Assembly: GCA_030528355.1 (NCBI GenBank)
Contig: JAUMZA010000001.1
Coordinates: forward strand, 71,177 to 135,176
Direction: 5' to 3'
DNA from: Candidatus Saccharimonadota bacterium
GTDB taxonomy: Bacteria > Patescibacteriota > Saccharimonadia > Saccharimonadales > Saccharimonadaceae
DNA: 64,000 nucleotides
The position numbers and the translations under genes are program-made. Shown here piece by piece: positions 30,101-40,165 of this stretch (position 1 is the first letter of the stretch; every line of letters begins with the position of its first letter). The notes under the pieces were generated by a model. The model had not been told where the DNA came from and ran no database searches. It saw only the letters and a program-made list of their open reading frames with translations.

Positions 30101-31423
30101 TTACGCAAATAAATCATTCAATGCTTCACTCACTGTTGGGTGGGTAAAAATTTGGTCACGCAGCACAGTGTACGGCAAGTCGTTATCCATCACGGTTTTG
30201 ATGATATTAATGACTTCTGGCGAGTTGCGACACAGCAGGCTAGCACCCAAAATTCGCTCGGTGTTCGCATCAATCACCGCACGTAGCAAGCCTGTGGTGG
30301 CATTATCAACATGTAGGCGCGGAATCGCCATAGCTGGCAGCTCTTTCACGATAATATCACGCCCCGCTACCCTAGCCTCGGCTTCCGTCATACCCACCCG
30401 AGCCAGTGGCGTTTGCATAAAGACGGCGTACGGCAAGGTTTTTTGCTTGGCGCGAGTGTACGAACCATCGCCCAATAACTGGCTTTTCACAATCCGAAAA
30501 TCATCCAGCGATGCATAGGTAAATTGCGGCCCGCCGGTCACGTCGCCCATCGCCCAAATGTGCGGCTGGCTGGTGCGGAGTGTTTCATCAACCACGACCG
30601 CCCCGCGCTCATCCGTTGCCACGCCAGCAGCCGGCAAATTCAAGCTCGCCGTTGCCGGGCGGCGGCCAGTGGCCAGCAGTACCGCATCGTAGTCGGCATA
30701 GTCGCCATGGTTCACTGTGCAAATTGTTGCAGTTGCCCCACCTTCAATTGCCGCCACATCTACACCAAACACCACTTCAATACCCTGTGCCTGCAGTGCT
30801 TCGGTGGCCGCTTTGGCAATTGCTGGATCTTCACGGGTCAGCAACACATCACCCTTCTCAAATACCGTCACCTTTGTGCCAAGCTTGGCGTAGGTCGAGG
30901 CAAATTCCAGTCCAATGTAGCCACCACCAATAATCGCCAGGTGTTTTGGCTGCATGGTTGCATCGAGCAAATCGGTGCTGGTGTAAACAAACGGCTTATC
31001 CACGCCCGGAATATCCGGAATAATCGATTCCGCCCCGGTATTAATAAATAGCTGCGGTGCAGTAAGCAGCAGTTCATCATCGCCCGCCGCAACCTTCACG
31101 GTATGCGCATCCACAAACGACGCCTCACCTTCGATCACACTAACCGTTTCACGATCCGCCAGCATGTGATAATTCTTGTCATTCAGCCGCGTTACCACCG
31201 CCGTCTTATGTGTCATCGCTTCATCAAAACTTTGGTGATGTTCGGCCGCATGTACCAGCACCTTGGTGGGGATGCACGCAATATTGATGCAGGTGCCGCC
31301 ATACATTTTTGGCGACCGCTCTACCAGCGCCACCTTTTTACCCGCATTCGCCAGTGCCACCGCCAGCGTCTTACCCGCCTTACCAAAGCCGATGATGAGT
31401 GCGTCGAATTGTTGTGCGTTCAT
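30101..31423 (-). CDS. Class I pyridine nucleotide-disulfide oxidoreductase (dihydrolipoyl dehydrogenase / glutathione reductase-like)
   Basis: FAD motif IIGFGKAGKT, redox-active GGTCINIACIPTK (CxxxxC) and C-terminal HPTVSEAL. The ATG at 31423 is preceded by GGAGG; the ORF-track start at 31480 is an upstream over-extension. Confidence 0.85.
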   Translation of the reverse strand: MNAQQFDALIIGFGKAGKTLAVALANAGKKVALVERSPKMYGGTCINIACIPTKVLVHAAEHHQSFDEAMTHKTAVVTRLNDKNYHMLADRETVSVIEGEASFVDAHTVKVAAGDDELLLTAPQLFINTGAESIIPDIPGVDKPFVYTSTDLLDATMQPKHLAIIGGGYIGLEFASTYAKLGTKVTVFEKGDVLLTREDPAIAKAATEALQAQGIEVVFGVDVAAIEGGATATICTVNHGDYADYDAVLLATGRRPATASLNLPAAGVATDERGAVVVDETLRTSQPHIWAMGDVTGGPQFTYASLDDFRIVKSQLLGDGSYTRAKQKTLPYAVFMQTPLARVGMTEAEARVAGRDIIVKELPAMAIPRLHVDNATTGLLRAVIDANTERILGASLLCRNSPEVINIIKTVMDNDLPYTVLRDQIFTHPTVSEALNDLFA

Positions 31424-31881
31424 GTATCCCTCCTCTCTACGGACCGCTTCTCTTTCTGAACAGCGATATAAAGAGTACACCTCGCCACGCCATCGGCCGT
31501 ATATTCCGCCGGCGTACTCACTTCAAAATCTTGCGTATACGCCCGCTGCAATATGCCAGCTTTTTCATCGCGCCAGACATGCTGCCACGCCTCGGCTACA
31601 CAAGTCGCCACATTCCTACCGCTAGCCTCATATCGCCGAAATATTCCTCGAACCGCCTCATCTTCAAGTTGCTTAATACGCACCACACTGGCAAGCAAAA
31701 TAGTCAAATCATACGCACCGTCCATACCATTTTCATAGCGAGAATACCGTGCTATTGGAAACTCGCCAGCTGCCGCCTGAGTAAGTAGCGGGATCTGACC
31801 CGACATCACCGCGTTCCACAACTCCTCAATCCGAGCAATCCCTGCGGGCGAATTATCGGTGCGAATAGTGATATGATTCAT
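31420..31881 (-). CDS. Hypothetical small protein, possibly a GyrI-like effector-binding fold
   Basis: The ATG at 31881 is preceded by AAGGAGAT; the ORF-track extension to 31965 overlaps pheS. Fold assignment is by weak resemblance only. Confidence 0.45.
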   Translation of the reverse strand: MNHITIRTDNSPAGIARIEELWNAVMSGQIPLLTQAAAGEFPIARYSRYENGMDGAYDLTILLASVVRIKQLEDEAVRGIFRRYEASGRNVATCVAEAWQHVWRDEKAGILQRAYTQDFEVSTPAEYTADGVARCTLYIAVQKEKRSVERRDT

Positions 31882-31927
31882 TGTATCTCCTTTATGCATT
31901 AGTACTTGTCTCGACTGCTGCCAATCA

Positions 31928-32971
31928 TTAAAACTGCCCCAAAAAGTCCAATTTGCCACTTTCAAAGTGCCGCACGTCTTCGATGCCGTATTTCATCATC
32001 ACCAGGCGGTCGATGCCGCAGCCAAAGGCAAAGCCGGTGTATTCTGCCGGGTCGATATCAGCGGCACGCAGCACGTTCGGGTGGATCATACCGCAACCAA
32101 GTAGCTCAATCCAGCCTTCACCCGAGCATACTTTGCAATCTGGGTTTTTACCTTCACAAAACGGACAGCTCAGGGCAAACTCAAAGCTTGGTTCGGTGAA
32201 TGGAAAGTAAAACGGATTGACTCGCACGTCCAATTTTTTGCCGTAGTATTCTTGCAAAAATTCTTGCAGGGTGGCGATGAGATTGCCCACATTGACGCCT
32301 TTGGCCACATAGACGCCTTCCACTTGATAAAACGTATGTTCGTGCCGCGCGTCTAAATCCTCGTTGCGAAACACGCGGTCTGGCACGATGGCGGCAATTG
32401 CCTCGCCCTTCGCCAAATTCGCCGCATATTTTTTCAGCACGCGGTTTTGCATAGTCGAGGTATGCGCCGGGGCGATCAAGCGGTCGCCCCGTGCGTCGGT
32501 TTCTTCTGTCATAAAGGTGTCATAATCATCACGCGCCGGGTGGCCTTTGGGGAAATTCAGACTCTCAAACATATGGAACTGGTCGTCCATTTCACGCGAT
32601 TCTTCCACCACATAGCCCATGCGATTAAAGATATCAGAAATCCGCTCGATTTCGCACATCAAGGGATGAATCGTACCTTGCTCACTCGGCAGCAACGCCG
32701 GCACCGACGCATTGACGTCCATTGGTGCGGTTACATCAATTGGCGGAATATCTGCAGCTTGCAAGGTAGCTTCTCGTGTTGCAATCTCCTGCTCGAGCGA
32801 TTGCTTTAATGCATTCACCGCCTGACCAAATACGGCACGCTCTTCGTTAGAAAGCGTTGGAATAACTGCATATAATTCACGAATTTCTTTTGCCTTGAGT
32901 ATCTCTCTTGGATTGTCGAGCGTCGCCACTCGATCAAGCAATATCTGTCGCACCGATTCTATACGTTCCAT
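31928..32971 (-). CDS. pheS: Phenylalanine--tRNA ligase alpha subunit
   Basis: 347 aa with class II aaRS motifs (FRNE, GFAFGCGIDRL). Confidence 0.95.
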   Translation of the reverse strand: MERIESVRQILLDRVATLDNPREILKAKEIRELYAVIPTLSNEERAVFGQAVNALKQSLEQEIATREATLQAADIPPIDVTAPMDVNASVPALLPSEQGTIHPLMCEIERISDIFNRMGYVVEESREMDDQFHMFESLNFPKGHPARDDYDTFMTEETDARGDRLIAPAHTSTMQNRVLKKYAANLAKGEAIAAIVPDRVFRNEDLDARHEHTFYQVEGVYVAKGVNVGNLIATLQEFLQEYYGKKLDVRVNPFYFPFTEPSFEFALSCPFCEGKNPDCKVCSGEGWIELLGCGMIHPNVLRAADIDPAEYTGFAFGCGIDRLVMMKYGIEDVRHFESGKLDFLGQF

Positions 32972-32981
32972 TTTTTCTCCT

Positions 32982-33221
32982 TTAGCTTGAGCGTACTATT
33001 AGCCACACAATTACCCCAACGCTAACCACGCCGAGCACCAACCACACACCGAGCAAGCCCGATGACGACTTTGTGTTGTCCATATAATTAGATTGTTCTA
33101 CCATGTCAGTCGTTAGCTCTACCTCACCCCCGGTTTCGGGTGCATTTTTTGCTCGCAAATCAGCCGCAATTCGCTCTTGCAGCTTACTACGTTGTTCATC
33201 ACGTCGTACATATAATCCCAT
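32982..33221 (-). CDS. Small membrane protein (79 aa, C-terminal TM), immediately upstream of pheS
   Basis: Charged N-terminus plus the TM helix LLGVWLVLGVVSVGVIVWLIV, 10 nt upstream of the pheS start. Confidence 0.45.
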   Translation of the reverse strand: MGLYVRRDEQRSKLQERIAADLRAKNAPETGGEVELTTDMVEQSNYMDNTKSSSGLLGVWLVLGVVSVGVIVWLIVRSS

Positions 33222-33291
33222 ATCTCTAGTATACCACCTTTACTATATGCTATACTAAATGCATATTTCATTATATAAAGGAGGGAAATAT

Positions 33292-34176
33292 ATGGCGACC
33301 AAAAAAGCCACTTCGACGAAGAAGTCAAAAACGACAACCTCGAAGAAGCCAACTACTAAAAAAGTAGAAACAATCGTAACTACCGAAGTCAAGCCAGTGA
33401 AAAAACTTGCCAGCACCAAGCCTAAAAAGGCCGCTCTTTTCCAAAGTCGCTCAGCACTACTCGGTGCATCGATTGGTGAATTTATCGGCACCTTTATGCT
33501 TGTTGCGGTTGCACTTGCTACCCAGGCAAATCCACTCATTGTCAGCTTTGCACTTGTTGCTATTGTGCTTACCATTGGCACACTATCCGGTGCACACGTT
33601 AACCCACTAATCACCGTTGGTGCATGGGCAACTCGTAAAATTAGCCACCTTCGTGCTGGTGCATATCTGCTTGCACAAACACTCGGCGGTATGCTCGCAC
33701 TCGTTGTTATGAGCCGCTTTGCTGAACTAACAGCCGCCGCACAAGATGCCGCAGCTTCAAGCCACGCACTTGGCCTAAATGTACCACAGCTATTTAAGGT
33801 GCAGGCTATCAGCCCTGATACACCTAATATTTGGTATATCGTTTTTGCCGAATTGCTTGCAACTATCATCTTTGGTTTTGTAGTAGCAAGTGCCATGCGT
33901 GAAACCCGTGACCGAACCGCACAGGCCTTTACTATCGGCTTTGGCCTGCTGGTTGCACTGACTATTGCCGGCGGCGCAGCAGTATTTGCTGGCGGTGCAG
34001 TGTTGGCCAACCCAGCTGTTGCCCTTGGTGTACAAGCTATTGACTGGACCAACCTTAGCAACTTCTGGCCAATGCTTACCTATATCGCTATGCCACTATT
34101 CGGCGGTGTGGTTGGCTTCTTCTTGTACGACGTGCTTCGCACTGAGCGCGATGAAGACACTACCTTACAAAAGTAG
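33292..34176 (+). CDS. MIP/aquaporin-family channel with a ~50 aa lysine-rich N-terminal tail
   Basis: ATG at 33292 preceded by AAGGAGGG. The N-terminus reads MATKKATSTKKSKTTTSKKPTTKKVETIVTTEVKPVKKLASTKPKKAA. The first loop motif is GAHVNPLITVGAW (NPL in place of NPA) and the second is LANPAVALG. Confidence 0.85.
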   Translation: MATKKATSTKKSKTTTSKKPTTKKVETIVTTEVKPVKKLASTKPKKAALFQSRSALLGASIGEFIGTFMLVAVALATQANPLIVSFALVAIVLTIGTLSGAHVNPLITVGAWATRKISHLRAGAYLLAQTLGGMLALVVMSRFAELTAAAQDAAASSHALGLNVPQLFKVQAISPDTPNIWYIVFAELLATIIFGFVVASAMRETRDRTAQAFTIGFGLLVALTIAGGAAVFAGGAVLANPAVALGVQAIDWTNLSNFWPMLTYIAMPLFGGVVGFFLYDVLRTERDEDTTLQK

Positions 34177-34198
34177 TTTAGTACTATAAGAACCACAC

Positions 34199-34227
34199 AA
34201 AACCCCCACCTGCAGCGTGGGGGTTTT
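34199..34227. terminator. Bidirectional intrinsic terminator
   Basis: AAAACCCCCAC-CTGCAGC-GTGGGGGTTTT, between the convergent MIP channel gene and rmuC. Confidence 0.75.
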
Positions 34228-34250
34228 ATATAGTGGCGTGGCTGCATATT

Positions 34251-35321
34251 TTATTCGTCTTTTTGCGGACGATCGATCAACAAAGGCTCAACCGATGGCT
34301 CCTTACGAGCAATTTTCACCACGTCTTTATCAATCTTTTTCAGCTCTTTGTGGGCGTTGTTATAGTGATTAACTGTTGTCCCTAGACTATTCCCCAGCTT
34401 GTGCATCAACTGCTCGTACGCCGCAATATGACGGCCAAGCTGCCCAACCCGAGCCTGGATCTCTTTTGCCTGCGTTTCGATTTGCAGGCTTCGCAACCCC
34501 TGCAATACCGTTTGAAGATACGCCATAAAACTTGTTGGGCTTACAATAATCACCTTCTTTTCTTGAAAGGCATACTCCACTAAATCACGAGCACTCGCAC
34601 CTGTACCCACATCGCCAATTAATAAATCATAATATAGTGATTCGGACGGAATAAACATAAAGGCAAAATCCATCGTTTTTTCACCCGGACGAATATATTT
34701 GCTAGTTTCATCGATGCGGCCTTTTAGGTCTTGCCGAACCTTTGCAAGTAGCTGTGCTCGCTCAGCTTTTTGTTCTGTTGCGACCATACGGTTGTAGTTT
34801 TCAAGGCTAAATTTACTATCAACTGGCAACATTTTGCCACGCTCTAAAAAGATCACCGCATCGGCAATCACGCCATCCTTAAACTTATATTGCATTTGAA
34901 ATTGCTTGGGTGATAACACATTTTCGAGTACGCTCTGCAGGTAAAATTCACCAAACACACCCCGCTGTTTAGGGTTTTGCAACACATTCTGGAGTGTCTT
35001 CAAATCACCTGCCACGTCAATTACTCGTGCATTTGTTTCATCAAGCTTTGTCAGACGATTACTCACATCGGCAACCAATTTTGCACTTTGCGATAGCTGC
35101 TGCTGCATCGACAACTGCATTTGCTGCGTACCTTGCTCTAGCTTGTCGCCAACCCGTTCTTGCATGAGTTGCACCGCACGAGTTATCTCTACCAAATCGG
35201 CCTTGAGTAATTGTGCAGTATCAGATTTTTCGAGCTGCCTTAACCTTGTAAGTAATGTCATGGCAAATATAGCAAACCCAATTGCCATACAAAGCAGAAT
35301 AACCAATAGCATCATATCCAT
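34251..35321 (-). CDS. rmuC: DNA recombination protein RmuC
   Basis: 356 aa with an N-terminal TM helix, coiled-coil and a C-terminal RmuC nuclease-like domain. Confidence 0.8.
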   Translation of the reverse strand: MDMMLLVILLCMAIGFAIFAMTLLTRLRQLEKSDTAQLLKADLVEITRAVQLMQERVGDKLEQGTQQMQLSMQQQLSQSAKLVADVSNRLTKLDETNARVIDVAGDLKTLQNVLQNPKQRGVFGEFYLQSVLENVLSPKQFQMQYKFKDGVIADAVIFLERGKMLPVDSKFSLENYNRMVATEQKAERAQLLAKVRQDLKGRIDETSKYIRPGEKTMDFAFMFIPSESLYYDLLIGDVGTGASARDLVEYAFQEKKVIIVSPTSFMAYLQTVLQGLRSLQIETQAKEIQARVGQLGRHIAAYEQLMHKLGNSLGTTVNHYNNAHKELKKIDKDVVKIARKEPSVEPLLIDRPQKDE

Positions 35322-35348
35322 GCTTTTAGTATAGCAATCGTCTAAAAA

Positions 35349-35825
35349 CTACACAAATGCTGGTATGGCACGAGAAATAATCACAAGTACTGCAAAGATA
35401 AGCAACATTACTGGCACTTTGCGGATACGAACCACCCAGGCATATGCCACATAGGCAAGTGCGTACAGTATCGCCGTCCAGGTCACTGATGGCACAATCC
35501 CAGAGCCATACAGCCAGCTAGATAAGCCCCATAAACTAATTGCCGCACCAAGCGTAATAAGTACTGGGCGGTATACGCCTGATCGAACTAATGCAACCAC
35601 ACCAACCACTCCCATGACTACTGTAGCAATTTGCCCAGCATAATTTGCTGCTTCTACACACACTACACCATTGTTACACACCATATTTGCCAATACAAAA
35701 CGCTGCAAAGTATACGTAAGCATCCAGGCTACTACGCCCAATATTGCACCTACTAGTACAATACGAGCAAGCATGCTTTTATCTTGTTCGATAATTGGCG
35801 GCTGTGATTCGAATACATAGTCCAT
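35349..35825 (-). CDS. Hypothetical 4-TM membrane protein
   Basis: 158 aa with four hydrophobic helices. Confidence 0.5.
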   Translation of the reverse strand: MDYVFESQPPIIEQDKSMLARIVLVGAILGVVAWMLTYTLQRFVLANMVCNNGVVCVEAANYAGQIATVVMGVVGVVALVRSGVYRPVLITLGAAISLWGLSSWLYGSGIVPSVTWTAILYALAYVAYAWVVRIRKVPVMLLIFAVLVIISRAIPAFV

Positions 35826-35833
35826 ACTATGTA

Positions 35834-36319
35834 TTATTTTACACTACTTTTGTCTTTTTTGCAAGTATCATTCGTAAAATACCATAATGCACCCATGGCC
35901 GCCGCAAGTGTACCGCCAACTACATCAATCGGAGCATGCACCAAGGCAAGCACTCGCCCTACACATACTGCCAGTGCAATCACCACGCATACCACAGTAA
36001 GCCACCAGTGTTTTGTCATGTACCATACCGCCCACACCATTACCCATACAAAGAGTGCATGATCGGACGGGAAGCCTGGATTATTAAGATATGACGCCCC
36101 CGGATCAACATTCATAAGCTCAAACGGTCGCAGCTGTGTTGGCTGATAAATGACGCTCATAATCTTTGCCACCAAATAAGCGGTCAGCCCAGCTACCAGC
36201 ATGCGACTATAGACTGCAAACTTATGACGATTTGGCACACACCACACCGCAACTACCGCAGTTACAGCTGCAAGTACAAACACCAAACCGTCTGCCAAGA
36301 AAGAAATTATGATATCCAT
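35834..36319 (-). CDS. PAP2-family membrane phosphatase
   Basis: GFPSDHALF (PSGH motif) and RVLALVHAPIDVVGG (SRx5Hx3D motif). Confidence 0.7.
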   Translation of the reverse strand: MDIIISFLADGLVFVLAAVTAVVAVWCVPNRHKFAVYSRMLVAGLTAYLVAKIMSVIYQPTQLRPFELMNVDPGASYLNNPGFPSDHALFVWVMVWAVWYMTKHWWLTVVCVVIALAVCVGRVLALVHAPIDVVGGTLAAAMGALWYFTNDTCKKDKSSVK

Positions 36320-36336
36320 GTATTTAGTATACTACG

Positions 36337-37704
36337 TTATTTGCGTAAAATCACCACACCCACTATCAGCCATAGACATGAAATTGCTGCACATGCTGCA
36401 GTAAATACCGGCAGCCCAAATAGCATAATCATTGGCATAGAGAGAGCCGTCACCAAGCCACCTCCCATTAGTGGTTCAAATAGCAGTTGTTTATACCCGA
36501 AGCTTTCCGTTGCACCGGTTCGCTGTTTTGGATCGACAATATGGGCAAATAGCAGCCCGGTAGCCGTTGTGCCCATCGATTGTCCGATACTCACAATTGC
36601 ATTGGTAAACCAATACCGCTTAAACATATGTCGTGCTAGCACGGTAAAACAAAATAACACCCACAACACACCGCTGAGTGCCAAGATCAAAAATGCCAAG
36701 CCATCGGTTGATACAAATCCAAGCTTCATTGTACCGATTGCCGAGGTTACAAGCACCGCCAACACCGCACCACTCAATAATTCAACTAATGGCAGCGAAA
36801 TCACCAAACCAAGTTTCCGCCATATTAGCTGTGCAATCATGCCGCCAAACATACAAAACGTAAAGCGTGGCATGTAGCCAATAATCTTTACCTCGCCGCT
36901 TGCTCCCCATGTATGTAGCTCGAGCTGCAAAAGCAGCCAATGAATCAACCAGCCAATTAGCACGCTTATAATCAGCAATGCAATATGGCTCACAATTCGC
37001 CAAAACGCCAACTCCTTACGCAAGCTAAAGCCCGCTTTACGTAGCTGTGTAATAATTCGTCGATGATACACCATGCCTTGCACCTGTGCAAACGGACTAT
37101 GTGACTCAATCCATTTTCGCTTGCGGCCGTATGCAATCAACAAAAAGCCAACCGTAAGCGTTGCGAACAAGCTCGTGGTCGCCAGTGCCACCGCCATCTC
37201 TTGGCCGGATTGATAGTGAAACTCCTGAAATACCGGTACCATACCAGCCGCCGTGCCATGCCCACCTTCAAAGCTAATCTCTAGCAGAGCCGCCGCCAAA
37301 GGATGCGTCCCAAACACAGGCATCAGTACACACAAGACAACCAGGCCGCCAACTGCATAATACCCCCAGGCAATCATTTGCCCAAAGGCTGCCTGCGGTG
37401 CGGCCGCCTTCCATATTCCTCGCAGTGAAGTCAGCGGCTTTCCTAAAAATAATGCCCCAAAAATAACATTAATCAACAAGCCAGGCAGTGGCTCCCACGC
37501 CTTGTAGAGCGACTCGGCAATTGAGGAATCGGTTGGAAATCTCCCAAGTACCTGCGGACTGAGCAGTAATAAAATCAACCCTGCCGCAACACTGGCTGGC
37601 AAAAAACTGCGGCGAATACCTGGCAGCTGCACAAATAAATAGCCCACCGTTATCGCACCTATCAACACCAGCAGTGCCGAGGCGTATTCGTTTATCTGTT
37701 CCAT
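36337..37704 (-). CDS. Sodium/glutamate symporter GltS-family membrane transporter
   Basis: 455 aa polytopic protein. ISFEGGHGTAAG matches the GltS SGGHGT motif, and the C-terminal region is collinear with E. coli GltS. Confidence 0.55.
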   Translation of the reverse strand: MEQINEYASALLVLIGAITVGYLFVQLPGIRRSFLPASVAAGLILLLLSPQVLGRFPTDSSIAESLYKAWEPLPGLLINVIFGALFLGKPLTSLRGIWKAAAPQAAFGQMIAWGYYAVGGLVVLCVLMPVFGTHPLAAALLEISFEGGHGTAAGMVPVFQEFHYQSGQEMAVALATTSLFATLTVGFLLIAYGRKRKWIESHSPFAQVQGMVYHRRIITQLRKAGFSLRKELAFWRIVSHIALLIISVLIGWLIHWLLLQLELHTWGASGEVKIIGYMPRFTFCMFGGMIAQLIWRKLGLVISLPLVELLSGAVLAVLVTSAIGTMKLGFVSTDGLAFLILALSGVLWVLFCFTVLARHMFKRYWFTNAIVSIGQSMGTTATGLLFAHIVDPKQRTGATESFGYKQLLFEPLMGGGLVTALSMPMIMLFGLPVFTAACAAISCLWLIVGVVILRK

Positions 37705-37728
37705 CTGTTCTATTGTATCATGCTTATG

Positions 37729-38601
37729 CTACAATGCACGTGTACGTGCAGGCTTTTTTGCAGGCTGATGCACTGTTATCTGTGGAAACGGAATTTCTAT
37801 ACCAGCTGCATCAAATTCTTTTTTAAGACGGCGACGAAATTCACCAGCAATCGCCCACTGAGCAGCCGGCTTAACTTTACCCAGTGCTTTTATTCGCATG
37901 GCCGAGTCTTCAAATTCATCAAGTCGCAAGAAGGCAATGGGCTCAAAAATATCCTTCGCATACGCTTCATCTTGTGCCATAGTGGCACCAACCTGGTTGA
38001 TAATTTCTTCTACCCTATCAATATCTGCATCATACGATACGCCGACATTTACATTTACGTTGGCGTATTCGTAGCTCAAGTTGGTTACTGCCTGTGGTGT
38101 ACCATTACTAATAGTGTGTAAATTGCCATCTAAATCTCGCAGCTGCGTAATGCGGATTGTTAAACGCTCCACCGTGCCAGAAAGCGAAATGCCACCAATC
38201 TGCACACGGATAATATCACCAACTCGATATTGGTTTTCGCCAATAATACACAGCCCCGACACAAAATCCTTAATTGCACTTTGGGCACCAAAACCAAATA
38301 TTACACCAAATAAGCCAGCACCAGTGGCAAGGGTCGCCAAGTTTACGCCAAGCTGCTGCAATAATATCAAAATCACAATCACCCATAAAATAACCGCTGC
38401 TAGTGTCCGCAACACGTCTTTAAGGGTCTTTTCTCGCTTACGCTCATCATCTTCGCTCATGTAGCGATGCTGACGAACTGCCCGTTCGACGGCAATGCCA
38501 ATAATCGCACGTACTACTACGTGTGCAACCAGTGCAAATGTCATGGTGACAAGCAATTGCAATAATAGATTATCGGCGATTACCGTCGTGATTTCTTTCA
38601 T
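37729..38601 (-). CDS. mscS: Small-conductance mechanosensitive channel (MscS family)
   Basis: 290 aa with 3 TM helices followed by the MscS beta domain (GDIIRVQIGGISLSGTVERLTIRITQLRDLDGNLHTISN). Confidence 0.8.
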   Translation of the reverse strand: MKEITTVIADNLLLQLLVTMTFALVAHVVVRAIIGIAVERAVRQHRYMSEDDERKREKTLKDVLRTLAAVILWVIVILILLQQLGVNLATLATGAGLFGVIFGFGAQSAIKDFVSGLCIIGENQYRVGDIIRVQIGGISLSGTVERLTIRITQLRDLDGNLHTISNGTPQAVTNLSYEYANVNVNVGVSYDADIDRVEEIINQVGATMAQDEAYAKDIFEPIAFLRLDEFEDSAMRIKALGKVKPAAQWAIAGEFRRRLKKEFDAAGIEIPFPQITVHQPAKKPARTRAL

Positions 38602-38624
38602 AGACAGGCTACCAATATAGCAAA

Positions 38625-39056
38625 TTATTCACCAATGTGGTTTGTCTTGAAGCTAATATATGGCACATAAGTTTGCCACAGTGCAAGCTCTGTATTGCTC
38701 AACTTCATGGCCGCTTCTACCGCACCGGCAATCTTACTCTCTTCAAACTTTACCTTTTGCCCAACTTCTAGGACTGGCCAACCAGCTTGTTCTGAAAGTT
38801 TTGTTTCGATTGCAACAATGCGGGCATTGCCAATATTCTTTTTATGATTGATACCATAGGTTTGCACGGCTTTACGCACAAGTTGTGTATATGCATCACC
38901 TGGCTGTGCTACGTAACTATACATCTTTACATCTGGCTTTGCCTGATTCTGCTCCATTTTTTTGCCATCTTGGGCACTCGCCTGAGTGCTCATTGCGCAC
39001 ATCATTACCACCGCTACTGTCGCAATATACCCACCAATTACTCGGATACCTTTCAT
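38625..39056 (-). CDS. Secreted LysM-like domain protein
   Basis: Signal peptide MKGIRVIGGYIATVAVVMMCAMSTQASA followed by YSYVAQPGDAYTQLVRKA, which is LysM-like. Confidence 0.55.
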   Translation of the reverse strand: MKGIRVIGGYIATVAVVMMCAMSTQASAQDGKKMEQNQAKPDVKMYSYVAQPGDAYTQLVRKAVQTYGINHKKNIGNARIVAIETKLSEQAGWPVLEVGQKVKFEESKIAGAVEAAMKLSNTELALWQTYVPYISFKTNHIGE

Positions 39057-39157
39057 ATTCCCTCCTTGTTATGTATCTGTAGTGCTATAATACCATGTTC
39101 CCGCCATGGCTGCAAAACTATTTTTACCCACCACCATAACACCGACCACAAACTTGA

Positions 39158-40165
39158 TTAGCGTACCTTTATACTGCCATCAACCTTCGTCAGTAGCGGA
39201 TCAAGGAAGAATTCAACAATGCGGCGTTTGCCGGTGGTAATTTCGGCTGATACACTCATTCCTGGCAGCAACGTAAGCTCTGCCTGCTTTGAACTGGTTG
39301 CATTTTTGAGCTTAATTTTTGCTTTGTATACCAGACCTTTCTTTTCATCATGAATTGCATCCGGGCTAATCGTCTCTACCTCGCCTTCTAGATAGCCGTA
39401 ACGCTGAAACGGATACGTTGCTAGCTTCACCACCACCCGCTGCCCCTGCCCTAGCACGGCACTTTCTGCAGCGGCAATACGTTGCTCAAGCGACCCAAGT
39501 TCATTTTGTAAGCCAATCCTTTCAACGGGATTTGCTTGAGCTAGCTGCGATTCAAGCTCACGTTTGCGTTGCTGCAGCTGCTGCATATTCGCTTCTAGCC
39601 GCTGCTTGGTGTGCTGATTAAATTGCACTTGTTGCTGTTGCTGCGAAATTGCTCCGTGTAGCGTCTGCTGTCGAGCCTGTATCAATCCCTGGCGTGCCTG
39701 AGCAAATTCACGCAATACCGACTTTACTTCCTCTGGCAGTTCTGCCTGCGTAACAATATCATCCGCAACACCACCCACCGCCAGTCGCCGCAAAATATCA
39801 CGCTCCACCCGTGCCACGGCCACGCCTTGCACTAGCGTCATAACCTCCTTTTCGGAGGTGGTTTTATCCAGCTCAATCAACACATCACCTTTCTTCACCT
39901 CCTGGCCTTCACGGGTGTTGATTTTTGTCACCACACCGCTAATGGCCGGCTGAATTATTTTTGTGCTGCCTTCGGTTGAAATCCTACCATTCGCCACTGC
40001 TACAATATCAATCTGCCCAACATACGACCACACGCCAGCCACTACCAACAGTATCGTCACGAGCCAAATCACCATTGCACCACGCGGGGCAGCAGGCGTT
40101 TAGATAATCTCCTCGGCGGCTGGCAAAAATTCATACTGCAACCTGTCTTTCTTTAGCCAGCTCAT
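39158..40165 (-). pseudogene. HlyD-family periplasmic adaptor interrupted by an in-frame TAA (40100..40102)
   Basis: The upstream segment [21 protein letters not shown] (HlyD cytoplasmic N-terminus, SD AGGAGGTGA) is followed by TAA, then TPAAPRGA, then the ORF-track segment 39158..40075 (TM helix, lipoyl/coiled-coil, beta-barrel). All three parts are in the same frame. The ATG overlaps the stop of the upstream ABC fragment by 4 nt. Confidence 0.7.
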
